Below, piece by piece: positions 35,781 through 50,612 of a stretch of DNA of 55,429 bases (position 1 is its first letter; each line of letters opens with the position of its first letter). The DNA is taken from the NCBI RefSeq assembly GCF_001194135.2, contig NC_069000.1:4490570-4545998 (forward strand), in the 5' to 3' direction. A model generated the notes under the pieces. The model worked only from the letters and a program-made list of their open reading frames with translations. It was not told where the DNA came from and did not search any database. Made by a program: the position numbers and the translations under genes. The DNA comes from Octopus bimaculoides. Its lineage: Eukaryota.

Positions 35781-36206
35781 AGCACACACATATATATACA
35801 TACATATATACATATATACATATATATATAAACATATATATATAATTATGTATACACACATACATACATAAACACATGTATTTGAATACATGTTTATAAA
35901 TGTGTACATATATAGCGAGTCAGACAGGAGAGAGAGACACACACACACATACGGATTTGTACCCACACATGCACACGTTCACACACTCTCCCATTCATCT
36001 ATACACATCAATAGATTTGTGTGTGAGTGTGTGTGTGTATGTGTGTGTGCGTCTACGAATGCACATAAATCTGTGTCTGACAAGTACGTGTTTATGCATA
36101 TCTTTGTGTAATATTTAGTCATTTACATATGAGGTGCCGTGTAGCACTTAAATTTGCCTACGTCTGTGTGCGTCTGCGCTTGTTTATCCGTGCACGTATG
36201 TGTGTA

Positions 36207-36245
<39 letters not shown>

Positions 36246-36636
36246 GATAAAGAGAGAGAGAGTGTGTGTGCGTGTGTGTGTGTAACTGTATGCTCAGTCA
36301 TCTTGGTCCGTTGGGTCTTGTTGGAATGTTGTTGAATCGCCACTCAAAGCAAACGCTAGTTCTTGAAAGAATGCAACTTGGCAAACAAAGACCATTGTTA
36401 ATCAAAGGAGGAAACGGTTGAAACGTAAAATTGGTTTTCATTGTTCGTTGGTGAGAGACTTAAATCTCATTTTCGCTTTCTTAAAACATCGTTGATTTCA
36501 TTTAGCCATGTTTGATCTCGACCACAGTGCTGCTGTCATGTTGACCCTAGCGCCGTTTCGGCTACCAACTTAGTATACATACCTACAAACATGCACACAT
36601 ACATACATACATGCATACATGCATACATACAAACTT

Positions 36637-36699
<63 letters not shown>

Positions 36700-36739
36700 N
36701 NNNNNNNNNNNNNNNNNNNNNNNNNNNNNNNNNNNNNNN

Positions 36740-36790
<51 letters not shown>

Positions 36791-37393
36791 TACATATATA
36801 ATATAATATATATCCCTCTATCCATACATACAAACATGCATGCATGTGTGAGTGTCTTTGTTTCAGTGATATCTCTCTGTGTGTGCGAATTAAGTAATAA
36901 ATAATTAGATAATTCAGTTATTATGTTAAACGTCAGTTAGATAACTGGCTTTACGAAGAGAAATAATTTGTGAGAGTTGACAAGTTCTTACATCACAGCA
37001 GTACGTCTTACTTGACACATACACATACACACATACACACACATATACATACACGCGTACACAGTCAGACACACTCGTAAACACATGCAAGGACAGATAT
37101 AGACACACTCACACTTCACTAGCGACCATCTTTCGCTTTCTGTTTGAACATTTGTAAAGTCCTTAACCATATTAGGTTATCCGCGAAAGAAACGCGTAGA
37201 TAAGAGACACTTCGTTCAGAAAATTGAATGAGTCAAAAGAAACAAAAGTTTATTTAATAAAGTTTTCATTGAAATCACTGGAAGACTAACTTTGTGGTTT
37301 TCATATGAATAACTAACCTTGGATATTTCAAGTATTGGTAGGGTCCAAAAGTTACGTTAACAATAACCGTTAGATATATACGAAAACGAAAAC

Positions 37394-37441
<48 letters not shown>

Positions 37442-37454
37442 NNNNNNNNNNTTC

Positions 37455-37511
<57 letters not shown>

Positions 37512-37683
37512 CCTGTCTGTCTGTCTCTCTCTCTTTTTCTCTCTGTCTGACTGTCTGTCTGTCTGTGTCTCTTCCTCTGTCTTTCTAATTGTGATTTTGC
37601 ATTTCCTTTATCTCACTTTCTCAGTTTCTCTCTCACTCTGTATTCGCCTTTTCCATATCTGTTTTTATCTCCTCTCTCTCCCC

Positions 37684-37738
<55 letters not shown>

Positions 37739-37739
37739 C

Positions 37740-37813
<74 letters not shown>

Positions 37814-38387
37814 TATATTATATTATATAATATTATATTATGCAACAACACGAGAAAACAAAAGCAAAAACAAAGGCAAAAAACAAATCGAGTGCATTAG
37901 ATTTACGCTTAGGAAACAGGACAAAAAAGAAAGGAAGTCTGTTACGTTTCGAGTACACATTTTCTGATGAAATAAAGAATAGACAAAATGCAGAGAAAAA
38001 CTAGGAAAAGAAATGGAGAAAAAGAGCACACGTTTGTATAATACCACTCTCTAACTCTCCCAAGTCTCTCCTCTCTATATTTGTCTGTTTGTCTGTCTTT
38101 TCTACCCCCCTCTTAAGTTATTATCATCAGTTGCCATTTTCTCAACATTTCTAATTGTGGCACATATTTGCTCTTCCTCGTCCCCGGTTCTTTATTCTCT
38201 GTTCAGTTAACCTGATTTATTCGCCGATCTTCCACTGGAACACATAAATTGCATTTACACTTAAATCTATCGTTGAAGAATGTTTAACGCAAATTCTTCT
38301 GTTAAAAACGAAAACATCGCTGAAGCTGTTTACCCGTGTTTCTATTCCGATAATCCCTTCACTTCTCCACACAAATTAACTAGAATT

Positions 38388-38472
38388 CTTTTATTCTTTT
38401 ATTCTTTTGCTTGTTTCAGTCATTTTGACTGCGCCCATGCTGGAGCACCGCCTTTAGTCGAACAAATCGACC
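38388..38472 (-). mobile_element. SINE-B 3' tail
   Basis: ttattcttttattcttttgcttgtttcagtcattttgactgcgcccatgctggagcaccgcctttagtcgaacaaatcgacc. Confidence 0.85.
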
Positions 38473-38498
38473 ACCATTTTGATTGTTACTTCTGTTAA

Positions 38499-38905
38499 CA
38501 AAATATCGAAACAGTAGACACATTCACCAATCTGGGTAGCTTCATCGATAATAATGGAGATATTGAAACAAAGAATTGCCAAAACCTCGGCTGTATTCCT
38601 GAAAATGTGCGCTACCTGGTTTCTACGCACAAATATCTCGCTCCTCTATAATAACACTGTCCAAGTAGGAGTTCTCTATGTCAGTGAGATATGGAAAAAC
38701 AACGTGAAAACGACAGAAAATTTGATATGTTCCACCAAAGATTCTTGAGAAAAATTGAGAACATACTGACACGACAACGTGACGAATGGAGACATTGTAG
38801 AGAGAGCTAACAAAAGACATCTTAGCAAAATCACAGAGAGCGGAGAATAAAACAAGCAGGTCTCGTAGTCCGGCAACAAGAACATTCTAAAACCGTTACC
38901 AAATG
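38499..38905 (+). mobile_element. RTE-clade LINE fragment (RT C-terminus/thumb)
   Basis: Across frameshifts: QNIETVDTFTNLGSFIDNNG; QRIAKTSAVF; VLYVSEIW; DMFHQRFLRKI; HDNVTNGDIVERAN. These follow the F(T/K)YLGS, RI.KA, YGSETW and FHQRCLR motif order of RTE. Confidence 0.85.
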
Positions 38906-39099
38906 GACCCTCACCCTGTATTTCTCGCTTGTCACTCCGTTTGTATAATTTCCCTTAAAAATCCCATACGTGATTCCCTTTCTACGTCAGGCTTGCATCT
39001 AAAACTTCCTCTATGCTCAGAAACCAACATCAGACATGTTACAAATCCCTTTTCCTCAGAATTACTCAAACAACTCCTTAATATTTCGAGAAACAAGTA

Positions 39100-39215
39100 G
39101 AGTACATTGGTTAATGCAATCCCAACAACTGCAAAACAGGGAGGATTGCCACAAGTGGAATAATCTTGAACATAGAACTACTCGATCAGATGTTGACCAA
39201 GGGTTAAAGAACGAA
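39100..39215 (+). mobile_element. 3' end of the (CAA)n-tailed retroposon, diverged
   Basis: cttgaacatagaactactcgatcagatgttgaccaagggttaaagaac resembles 18385-18460 (reverse complement) and 26110-26140. Confidence 0.45.
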
Positions 39216-39456
39216 TAAATGTTTATTTGCATCTATTGTCTTGTCGATTTATTATCTGCATTATAAGTTATTTCTTATCATCTGAAAATATGCACATGTT
39301 TTGCTTTGATGGTGTAAAATTTAACAAAAAATAAAAACACAAACTTACAATTACATAGAATGCTAAGAAATATGTACATATACATTTATAAATATAAAAT
39401 AATATCAATGTACAAATACAGAGACACACACACAGCAGACACACACATATTTATGT

Positions 39457-39515
<59 letters not shown>

Positions 39516-39561
39516 ATATGTATATATTTTTATGTATATATATATATATATATATATAAAA

Positions 39562-39615
<54 letters not shown>

Positions 39616-39960
39616 ATATATATGTGTGTGTGTGTGTATATATATGTGTGTGTATATAAACATACATATATATATATATGTATGTATATATGTATATATA
39701 TATGTGTGTGTGTATACTTGTTTGTCACTATGATGTGTCTTTATGTCATAATGAGTTGGTATGTGTTTGCATGTATCTATCTATCTATCTATATATGTAT
39801 GTATATATATATTATATAATAGTATATAGATATCATATGTATATATTATACATTATATATAAATATTGTGTGTGTAGCGAAGAATGGAGAGCAATAGAGA
39901 TAAAGGGAGAGAAAAAGATGAGCAAAGTCAGTAACAACATCTGCACGTGAATACACACAC

Positions 39961-40072
<112 letters not shown>

Positions 40073-40515
40073 GTTCAGAACTTGAAAACTAGCTTAATGT
40101 ATATACTCATATTTGTGTATTTGATGCAAATGGATGCATACATGCTTATATGTGTATAAAATATATTGGTGCTTCTTCTATATGTGTTAATGTACCTGCG
40201 TATATTTTTATAACGGTGCGTATGTTTATGCACGTATTTCTGTATACATCTGCATACATTCGCGTTTATATACGTCAGTATGTATGTTTGATGTTTAAAT
40301 ATTTGATCAAGTGTGAGAGGATAGTGGGTGTATATGTCTGTATGTGGGTGTGTGCCACAGTGTGCGTATGTGGGTTACGTGCGTGTTTCTCTCTCTCTCT
40401 TTCTCTCTTTCTAGCTGTGTTTTGCTTACCTCCATAATTTGAAACATAAATCAATCTGGAAAAATTATAATTTTTTTGTATTCTGTAGAAAACATTCCCA
40501 TAAATATACAGATGT

Positions 40516-40551
<36 letters not shown>

Positions 40552-40625
40552 CATATATGGTGCGTATGTATATGTACGTATATGAATATGTATATATATT
40601 CTTTTATTCTTTTAATTGTTTCAGT

Positions 40626-40662
<37 letters not shown>

Positions 40663-40948
40663 AATTGAAAGAATCCACGAGTAGGAGTACGGTTGGAATT
40701 CATTTTCAATCGCAACTGTTTCTATGCGATGTAGTTCTCCAGGCATGCAGGTTTTTGCTTGCTCATGCAATTTGACTTTACGGAAACAATATTTACACAT
40801 CACCCAAGGAAACAAAGCTAGATCTCACAATGCAGGGAAACGGTCGCAAGGACCTGTCTAGAGAACTACGTTGCGTAGAAACAATTGTAGTGGTCGAAAA
40901 TGAATGTCCAACCGTACTCTTTCTTGTTGACTCCAATTTCTTTCAATT
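40663..40948. mobile_element. Foldback/MITE-like element with ~100-bp imperfect terminal inverted repeats
   Basis: Left arm aattgaaagaa...gagtacggttggaattcattttc...caactgtttctatgcgatgtagttctc matches the reverse complement of the right arm gagaactacgttgcgtagaaacaattg...gaaaatgaatgtccaaccgtactc...ttctttcaatt. Confidence 0.8.
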
Positions 40949-41084
40949 ATTTATTCACACGCGACAGAAACTCAAACACAAACATGGAAGTGCGTATAAT
41001 GCTACTACTGGATAACACAGGGTGAAATCTGAACGTGGACGAGCTTTGTACTGTACTCTACTACGTCCTTAATAGAATATACCA

Positions 41085-41152
<68 letters not shown>

Positions 41153-41294
41153 CCCCCTTTTTCCCTTCCTACGATCCCTTTTGATCGACACACCCCTACT
41201 TTTTATTTTCCTCCCCCCCACCCCAAAAAAAGAAAAGCTCTACATTGTATTTGTCCCATCTTTGTTGATCCCTGTGTGGCTAATAAAAGAAATG

Positions 41295-41351
<57 letters not shown>

Positions 41352-41520
41352 GTCTATCTGTCTGTCTCTCGTATGCACATAAATATAAAATATTTATTTG
41401 TCATGTATAGTGCAGTACAACATCTGAGTTGAGCAGATAGACATGTTCACAGATGTATTCTCGTCTGCAGCCATTCAGAATTATTTTTTTCCCTTTAATG
41501 TTACGTCAGTTTTGGAATAA

Positions 41521-41615
41521 TCTTGATTATGGAGATTATCTCCCTTTCTCATTTGGAGGTGCGCTCAATTGTTGGACCTCCTCTGTAAAGGGAGATAATT
41601 TTCAATTAGTCAAGA
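41521..41615 (+). ncRNA. Candidate pri-miRNA-like hairpin
   Basis: Stem segments of 9+5+13+2+6 bp (incl. GU) with a 15-nt loop (41561-41575), in otherwise unique sequence; no match to a miRNA I recognise. Confidence 0.35.
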
Positions 41616-42872
41616 AATTTATTGCTCTTTTGTTGCACACATAACTGCGATTGGTAACGTTCTGTTAATTCTCTTCGCTCATTATCGTTATACATACATA
41701 CGTACATACATACACACGTATACATACGTACATACATACGTATAGACATATATACGTACACATACATATATATACATACACACATGCATATATATATATA
41801 TATATATATATATANNNNNNNNNNNNNNNNNNNNNNNNNNNNNNNNNNNNNNNNNNNNNNNNNNNNNNNNNNNNNNNNNNNNNNNNNNNNNNNNNNNNNN
41901 NNNNNNNNNNNNNATGCATATAAGTGTGTGTATGCATGTGTATATATGAATATACACACACAAACCAATCATTATTTTTCTCGCATTTTTTTTTTTGTTA
42001 CGGTGTTTTAAAAATTTCCTTTATATAAACAGAAAATATAGTGAAGTGCGTTTTGTTTAGAAATTCTTATCAAAGAAGGAAATACACTGTTTTTACCAAC
42101 ATGCAAAAATTGCTTAAAAACAAACAAACAAACAAACAAACCACAACAGTAACAATAACAACAACAAGAACAACCAACACTATAATCAGGTACAAACAAA
42201 AATAACTAAAAGAAACTATAAACAACAAAAACAAACATAACGAAAGAAGCTTAAAAAAATACTAAAAACAACAACAAAAGAATTAAATTTCCTTGAAGTT
42301 TTCACAAAAGATAAAATTTGTTGGAAAATGATTTTTACCCCATTCCCACCCCTTTTCTACCCCGTTTACCGCGGAGAGGTTATTTTTTTATTTTTTTTTT
42401 TTATTTTAGTTTTCTTGTTATATCTACATCAATGTATTATCTTTGCGGTAATTTCTTAACTTTGCTACTGCTGTTGTTGTGGTTGTTGCTGTTGTTTATT
42501 GCTGTTGTAGTTGTTGTTGTTGATATTAATGTTGATGTTGTTGTTGGTATTTTTGTTTTTTTTTTACACTTTTTAAAATGAAACACATTGATTTTTCATC
42601 GTATTGTGTTTGTGAATGTGTGTGTGTGTGTGCGTGTGTGTGCAAGTGAGTATGTGTATGTATGGTTGAGTACGTGTGTGTCTATAAACAAACATGTGTT
42701 TGACTGAGTACCTGTGAGTGTGTGTTTATATATATATATATGTGTGCGTGTGTGTGCGCGTGTGTACATGTGTGTGTATGTATGTACGTATATATGTATA
42801 TATTTTTATATGCCAATATCTATGCATGCATTCGATTGTATATTTATGTGTGTGTGTATGTGCGTATATACG

Positions 42873-42950
<78 letters not shown>

Positions 42951-43465
42951 CGTGTGTGCGCGTGTGTGTGTGTGTGTACATATACATATATACATTTGTG
43001 TGTCAACGTGTGTGTGTGTAATGTATTTTTGTGCGTGTATGTATATCTGTGTAAGCGGGTTTTGTTTATGTGCCTAGTACGTGTGTGTGTGTGTGTATGT
43101 GTATGTCTGTACAGTGAGTGCATGAGCGCATGTGTGTGCGCGCGTGTATATGTGTACGCTAGTGTATGTGTACCTGTATTTTGTTTACGCTTCCAGGAGT
43201 GTGTAAATGTTTTGGTTATAGTATGATCACGGGAGTGCAAATGAGTCTTTGCTGTGTGTGTCTGTGTTTTGGTGTATAAACGTCTATATGTCCTTTGAAC
43301 ATGTGCGTTTATAACTGTAAATGAGTGTGTGAGACTACATAAGCCTCCATGACTGTTTGAGCATGTGTCTGTATGATGGTGTGTATGTGTGTGTTTGGAT
43401 GGGCGTGACAACATACAATTATAAGGTGATTTTGAGCATATGATTGCGTGGGTGTGCCGGTGCGT

Positions 43466-43503
<38 letters not shown>

Positions 43504-43791
43504 TGTGTGTGTGCAGGTGAGTGTGTGTGATTAAGGCATATCTATGTCTGCCTGAATGTGTGTATATAGATAAATAAGTGTCTACAAGTGTTTTAACATG
43601 TGTTCCTTGTGATTGCATGTCTATGTAGATAGACGTGTGTATTTGAATGCATGTGTAGGACAATATATGCATGCCACATACATACACACACACACATATG
43701 CATATATGCATGAATATATACACATATATATATACATGTATATATATATTATTATATACTCATATATATATGTATAAATATATGCAGATAT

Positions 43792-43839
<48 letters not shown>

Positions 43840-43878
43840 GTGTGCGTGTATATATATCCATATATATATTTGTGTTTG

Positions 43879-43922
<44 letters not shown>

Positions 43923-44175
43923 TGCAAAAATATAGTGTGTACACATTGATATGGTTGTCTGTTGGGTCTTACTGTAATTTCAATGGTGTTTATCAGCTTT
44001 TATTGTTTTATTGTCTTATTGTTTTATTATATTAGTTTCCATTATTATTTCTATATTTTTTTACAAAAATTTTTTTCGGTTTTTTTTCTTTTTGCTTGTT
44101 TCGGCGATAATCTTTCAACTTTCTTGTTTTAACTTCAAATCTTCGTCAAAACATGATGTGACTCGGCACTCACGG

Positions 44176-44223
<48 letters not shown>

Positions 44224-44479
44224 ACACACATATATATATATATACATATATACATGTATGTACATACAGGGAAAAGCATATATACACATATACATAACCA
44301 CACACAAACACTGATGGACTGAAGCATTCATACACACCGCAGACTCATACACACGCACATATGCATGCATATATATAAATATATGTGTGTATATACATAT
44401 ATATATTTACATATATCTATCTATATATATATATGTATATATATATGTATATATATACATATATATATGTATATATATA

Positions 44480-44543
<64 letters not shown>

Positions 44544-44757
44544 CATATAAATGTTTGTATATATATGTGTATACACATATATATATTGAATGTGATCTAA
44601 TCTATAATATACAATCTATACAAAAGCATAATATTGCTGAAACAAATGTCAGTTGCGCTAGGAACTTCGATATATCGATATATGTATATGAGCATATACA
44701 TATATCGATATATATATGTATATGTATTTGTATATATATATTTATATATATATATAT

Positions 44758-44790
<33 letters not shown>

Positions 44791-45140
44791 AATGCATATA
44801 TATGTATACACATATTCATGTATTTATGTATGTGGGTACGAGTGTAGAGAGATGTCAGAGTTATTGTGTTGAGGTTGTGGCTGTCATAATTCATATTACC
44901 ATTAAAAGAATATATTTGTGTATATGTTTGTATATGCATATGTTCGCATAATTCTGTATATATATATATATATGTATGTGTGAGCGTGTGAGTGTGTGTA
45001 TGTATCTGTGCATATATGTATACATGTATATTTGTTTATATGAAATGATTCGTGTTGTTGTATGTATTGTATGTACGTATGAACCCACTTATATACGCGT
45101 GTATGTCTGCATGTATGTATATATGTAAATGTCTCTGTAC

Positions 45141-45247
45141 GTTATTCGGTTTTATTCCTATTTCTTTCCAACGTAGAATGAACCGGTTTCTAACCTACAT
45201 CCAAGTCTCCTTCACTAAAATTTTAAATAACATCAACAAAGTATTTG
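45141..45247 (-). mobile_element. R4/Dong-like lineage T 3' UTR (copy f)
   Basis: Reverse complement gtgaaggagacttggatgtaggttagaaaccgg...ggaataaaaccgaataac matches 8600-8676. Confidence 0.7.
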
Positions 45248-45483
45248 TGCATGTTTATATGTATATGTGCAATATTTTGAATCATGACTTAAGTAAAGCG
45301 GAAACGTGTAGAGTTGGATTCAGCCAACCGTGCCCTAAGACGGAGATGGTCACAACTTAAATACATTTGTTGTAACTCCGTCCGATGAATTACAAATGAC
45401 CAGGGGTTAAATAACATCAGCAATAGCTACATCGACATCAGCACCAACACTAACAACAGCAAAAGCTACAACAACAACAACAA

Positions 45484-45515
<32 letters not shown>

Positions 45516-46049
45516 GCAGTAACAACAACAGCAAAGCTACGAACACAACAATAGATTTCGTAATTTCGGAAATATCTCCATTCTTTTCGTATCAACAAAA
45601 TATATTCCTGGTTACATAATAACCAACCCTGATAAGTTTCAATTATTTCCACTTTCAGGATATCGAACCATTAATTAGCTTTAAAGCATAGTTTTAGTCC
45701 GATTACAAGTGGAGATAAACCTCTCTCTTTCTTTCTTTCTCTCTCAATAATCATTATGATTATCATATACCGTTTTCAAAGATGGAACAATGGTACCAAA
45801 TCCCAAAACATTCTTCATACAAGGAGATTAGAACTATCGAAGTATCGAAGTATCATTAAATTCGATTGTTTAATAGCAATTCCTTGTTGAAATATTTCAT
45901 TCTGATATCGATTATTGATTAAAACTATTTTAGGATATAAGTGATTTTTGAGGAAACCATCCATTATAGTTGATACCATTGCTAGTGACATGGCACTGTC
46001 GAGTTTTGGTTTCAAGTTACGTAGCGTAGATAGTTGTTGTATGGCTAAG

Positions 46050-46175
46050 GTATACGCCTTGCCAACAGCTTGGGGCAAGTTTCGATCCCAGTGCACGGAA
46101 CTTCAAACGTGTATTCTCTTGTAATCAGGTGTTGGCCAGTACCTTTTGAGACAAATTGGTTCACGGAAACGGAGT
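46050..46175 (+). mobile_element. Old, diverged SINE-B 5' half
   Basis: gtttcgatcccagtgcacgg...gtgtattctc...ttggttcacggaaacggag is colinear with the SINE-B head, then (TACA)n. Confidence 0.5.
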
Positions 46176-47199
46176 ACATACATACATACATACATACATA
46201 CATACATACATACATACATACATACATACATAAATACATACATACGTACGTACGTACATGCATACATGCATACGTGCTTACACACATGCATATATACATA
46301 CAAAATAAATACATGCATACATAAATACATGTATACACACATACTTACGTACATACACATGCATATATATATATATATATATATATATANNNNNNNNNNN
46401 NNNNNNNNNNNNNNNNNNNNNNNNNNNNNNNNNNNNNNNNNNNNNNNNNNNNNNNNNNNNNNNNNNNNNNNNNNNNNNNNNNNNNNNNNNNNNNNNNNNN
46501 NNNNNNNNNNNNNNNNNNNNNNNNNNNNNNNNNNNNNNNNNNNNNNNNNNNNNNNNNNNNNNNNNNNNNNNNNNNNNNNNNNNNNNNNNNNNNNNNNNNN
46601 NNNNNNNNNNNNNNNNNNNNNNNNNNNNNNNNNNNNNNNNNNNNNNNNNNNNNNNNNNNNNNNNNNNNNNNNNNNNNNNNNNNNNNNNNNNNNNNNNNNN
46701 NNNNNNNNNNNNNNNNNNNNNNNNNNNNNNNNNNNNNNNNNNNNNNNNNNNNNNNNNNNNNNNNNNNNNNNNNNNNNNNNNNNNNNNNNNNNNNNNNNNN
46801 NNNNNNNNNNNNNNNNNNNNNNNNNNNNNNNNNNNNNNNNNNNNNNNNNNNNNNNNNNNNNNNNNNNNNNNNNNNNNNNNNNNNNNNNNNNNNNNNNNNN
46901 NNNNNNNNNNNNNNNNNNNNNNNNNNNNNNNNNNNNNNNNNNNNNNNNNNNNNNNNNNNNNNNNNNNNNNNNNNNNNNNNNNNNNNNNNNNNNNNNNNNN
47001 NNNNNNNNNNNNNNNNNNNNNNNNNNNNNNNNNNNNNNNNNNNNNNNNNNNNNNNNNNNNNNNNNNNNNNNNNNNNNNNNNNNNNNNNNNNNNNNNNNNN
47101 NNNNNNNNNNNNNNNNNNNNNNNNNNNNNNNNNNNNNNNNNNNNNNNNNNNNNNNNNNNNNNNNNNNNNNNNNNNNNNNNNNNNNNNNNNNNNNNNNNN

Positions 47200-47272
<73 letters not shown>

Positions 47273-47292
47273 AGAGAGAGCGAAGAGATGGA

Positions 47293-47670
47293 GAGATCAA
47301 CTGCCCTGCTAATGTGAAAATCGCTTCGAAAATCAAAGAGGAGAAAAGATAACTACGGACAATTGTTAGGAAACCACCGGCCTCTACTTCTAAAATATAA
47401 ATTCATCACGTTTATACCAATAATAATAGGTTTAGTTGGTTTTCTGAGTTATTGCCAAAGTAACAATCTGGGTAAAGCAGGGTCTTCAGATTGCGAAATC
47501 AACCAGCAAATTCGTACATTATACTCGTGGTTCAAAACTATAGTTGGAACAATAAAAATATACAAGACTTTTCTCAAGTTTATTTTTGTTATCTTTATTC
47601 CCACGATGGAACTCTGTGTCTATATTAGAAACCAATTATTTTCTTGCAGGAAGATTTCAAATAATTACAT
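47293..47670 (+). mobile_element. R4/Dong-like lineage T 3' end (copy g), includes the active-site motif
   Basis: EINCPANVKIASKIKEE(fs)DNYGQLLGNHRPLL...FIPIIIGLVGF...VGTIKIYKTFLKF, then cccacgatggaactctgtgtctatattagaaacc. Confidence 0.85.
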
Positions 47671-48254
47671 CATAACCTAATATTCTAGAAAGACAGCAGC
47701 CAGAGAAACAGATAGATAAATAGAAAGATAGATAGATTGATAGATAGATAGATGGGTAAATGGACAGATAGATAAATACATAGATAGCGATATACAGAGA
47801 TAACATAGGGAAAGTGCACCGGAATGAAACTAGTTCTGTATCCACTCTGAAGTTGCCAACAATGGGAACTGCATTCAGAATAGAGAAGGCCAGAACAAAT
47901 ATCGTAAAACATTTTTATACGACCTTCTAACGACTCAACTAGATGACCATCTTTTGGATGATTTATTTCCACGTGTTCATTTATTTCAATGCGACGGTTG
48001 GCTGTAATGAGGGTCTTTAGCTGTGGTGGTTGGTGGCCTATTAGTTTTGTGTGCTGATGGTATTTAGGTTGTAACACACAAACTTAACGATGATAGATCG
48101 TGGTCAGGAAGCAAATGAGAATCGTTTCAACATTTCTTGCAATTATCTTCAAGAATTGGAACAGCTCAAACGTTGCTCCATTTCGTTAATGTCGTAAGGA
48201 AACATAAAGATTCTTATTAGAGATATATGATAGATGCGTGCGTGTGTGTGTATG

Positions 48255-48285
<31 letters not shown>

Positions 48286-48675
48286 ATGTATGGGCATCGT
48301 GTATAGAGAAACAGGTATAGGGAAAAAAGGGCGATAATGGTTGAAGATAAGTCATAGCTGCGATGATTTACTCAGCGATTAATACACACGCACGTACTCA
48401 AACACAAAAACACACATACACGCGCAAAGATGTGTATGTATATATCTTTATATACATATATGTATAAATATTCATGCATATGTGTAAGTACACACACATA
48501 TATGTGTACATGTGTAAATGAATTTATATAAAAACGCATAAATTTATACACACACACGCACGCGCGCGCAAGCACACACGCATATACATACATAGAAGTA
48601 TCTATCTATCCATCCATCTGTTTATCTTTCTCTTTGGATATAAATTTATACATGCATGCATACATACATACATAC

Positions 48676-48711
<36 letters not shown>

Positions 48712-48765
48712 TGATATGGATATTAGCGTCAAATCTCTCTCTTAAATGTAAAAATTTAAAACTTT

Positions 48766-48818
<53 letters not shown>

Positions 48819-49753
48819 CACACACACACACATATTTATAGTTAGATTGATAGGTTGATATATAAGTGGTTAGAGACATGCTGCTGTTTCTATACAAAGG
48901 ATACGAAAACATTTCTTTGTACAAAAACAGAATAGTATATTAATTATTTTCACTCAATATCTGGTACATTTACTGGTGATTCTATCGTTAAATCGTTTGA
49001 AAATCGGTAACGTGAGACACACTAACTATTGGCAAAGCTTCAAAAATTCCAAAACCATACATAAATTCATATATACATTCATATATACAATATATTTATA
49101 TATACACATGGTGGCGCGCGCACACACACAAACACAAATAGAATCGTACACACACACACATACATCCTCATATATATTATTTAAAAAGAAATCTACTTAT
49201 GCTTGAAATTTCAAACTAGCGTTTTAAAAACTTCAACTGTCTTTGTTAACAAAAGTGTTTATTCACACAAGAGCCAGCACTTCACTTCGAGTGCTTAGGG
49301 TTTGAAATATTATAGATTTACTTATATACACTTGCAACGAACGATCGAATATATATCTACGTATGTGTGCGTGCTGGGGGTAAATATCTATGCAGCCATC
49401 GATAAAGTGAACTTGACAAAGAAGACCAGAAGCCTTCCCGGAATAGAAATGTATATCTCTTAAAATGAATTGAAAGTGATATGTTTTTTTGGGGGTGTTT
49501 TTTTTTTCGGTCTTTGTCTGCTACCATGTTTCTTTGTTGTTTTTTTATTTGTTTATACATTTTGCTCTAGAGAAATTATTGTGGATAAGAATTTTACTTT
49601 ATTCCATTCCGTATTGTATTATCTCTCAATATTGTATTAACCTGAATATCACCTACGGGCTAAAGCAATAAACATTTTGTGTGACATACCGATTGTTTCT
49701 ACATACATACATAAACATCCACATATAGATATGTACATATATACACACGTATA

Positions 49754-49785
<32 letters not shown>

Positions 49786-50612
49786 NNNNNNNNNNNNNNN
49801 NNNNNNNNNNNNNNNNNNNNNNNNNNNNNNNNNNNNNNNNNNNNNNNNNNNNNNNNNNNNNNNNNNNNNNNNNNNNNNNNNNNNNNNNNNNNNNNNNNNN
49901 NNNNNNNNNNNNNNNNNNNNNNNNNNNNNNNNNNNNNNNNNNNNNNNNNNNNNNNNNNNNNNNNNNNNNNNNNNNNNNNNNNNNNNNNNNNNNNNNNNNN
50001 NNNNNNNNNNNNNNNNNNNNNNNNNNNNNNNNNNNNNNNNNNNNNNNNNNNNNNNNNNNNNNNNNNNNNNNNNNNNNNNNNNNNNNNNNNNNNNNNNNNN
50101 NNNNNNNNNNNNNNNNNNNNNNNNNNNNNNNNNNNNNNNNNNNNNNNNNNNNNNNNNNNNNNNNNNNNNNNNNNNNNNNNNNNNNNNNNNNNNNNNNNNN
50201 NNNNNNNNNNNNNNNNNNNNNNNNNNNNNNNNNNNNNNNNNNNNNNNNNNNNNNNNNNNNNNNNNNNNNNNNNNNNNNNNNNNNNNNNNNNNNNNNNNNN
50301 NNNNNNNNNNNNNNNNNNNNNNNNNNNNNNNNNNNNNNNNNNNNNNNNNNNNNNNNNNNNNNNNNNNNNNNNNNNNNNNNNNNNNNNNNNNNNNNNNNNN
50401 NNNNNNNNNNNNNNNNNNNNNNNNNNNNNNNNNNNNNNNNNNNNNNNNNNNNNNNNNNNNNNNNNNNNNNNNNNNNNNNNNNNNNNNNNNNNNNNNNNNN
50501 NNNNNNNNNNNNNNNNNNNNNNNNNNNNNNNNNNNNNNNNNNNNNNNNNNNNNNNNNNNNNNNNNNNNNNNNNNNNNNNNNNNNNNNNNNNNNNNNNNNN
50601 NTCTTTATATAT

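Noticed and set aside
42806-43723. 305-aa minus-strand ORF rich in H/T
   Set aside because: Translation of (CA)-rich low-complexity DNA, which lacks stops by composition; no domain.
47685-48077. 130-aa minus-strand ORF (…HPKDGHLVESLEGRIKMFYDICSG…)
   Set aside because: No motif recognised and it ends in (TCTA)n; cannot be supported without BLAST.
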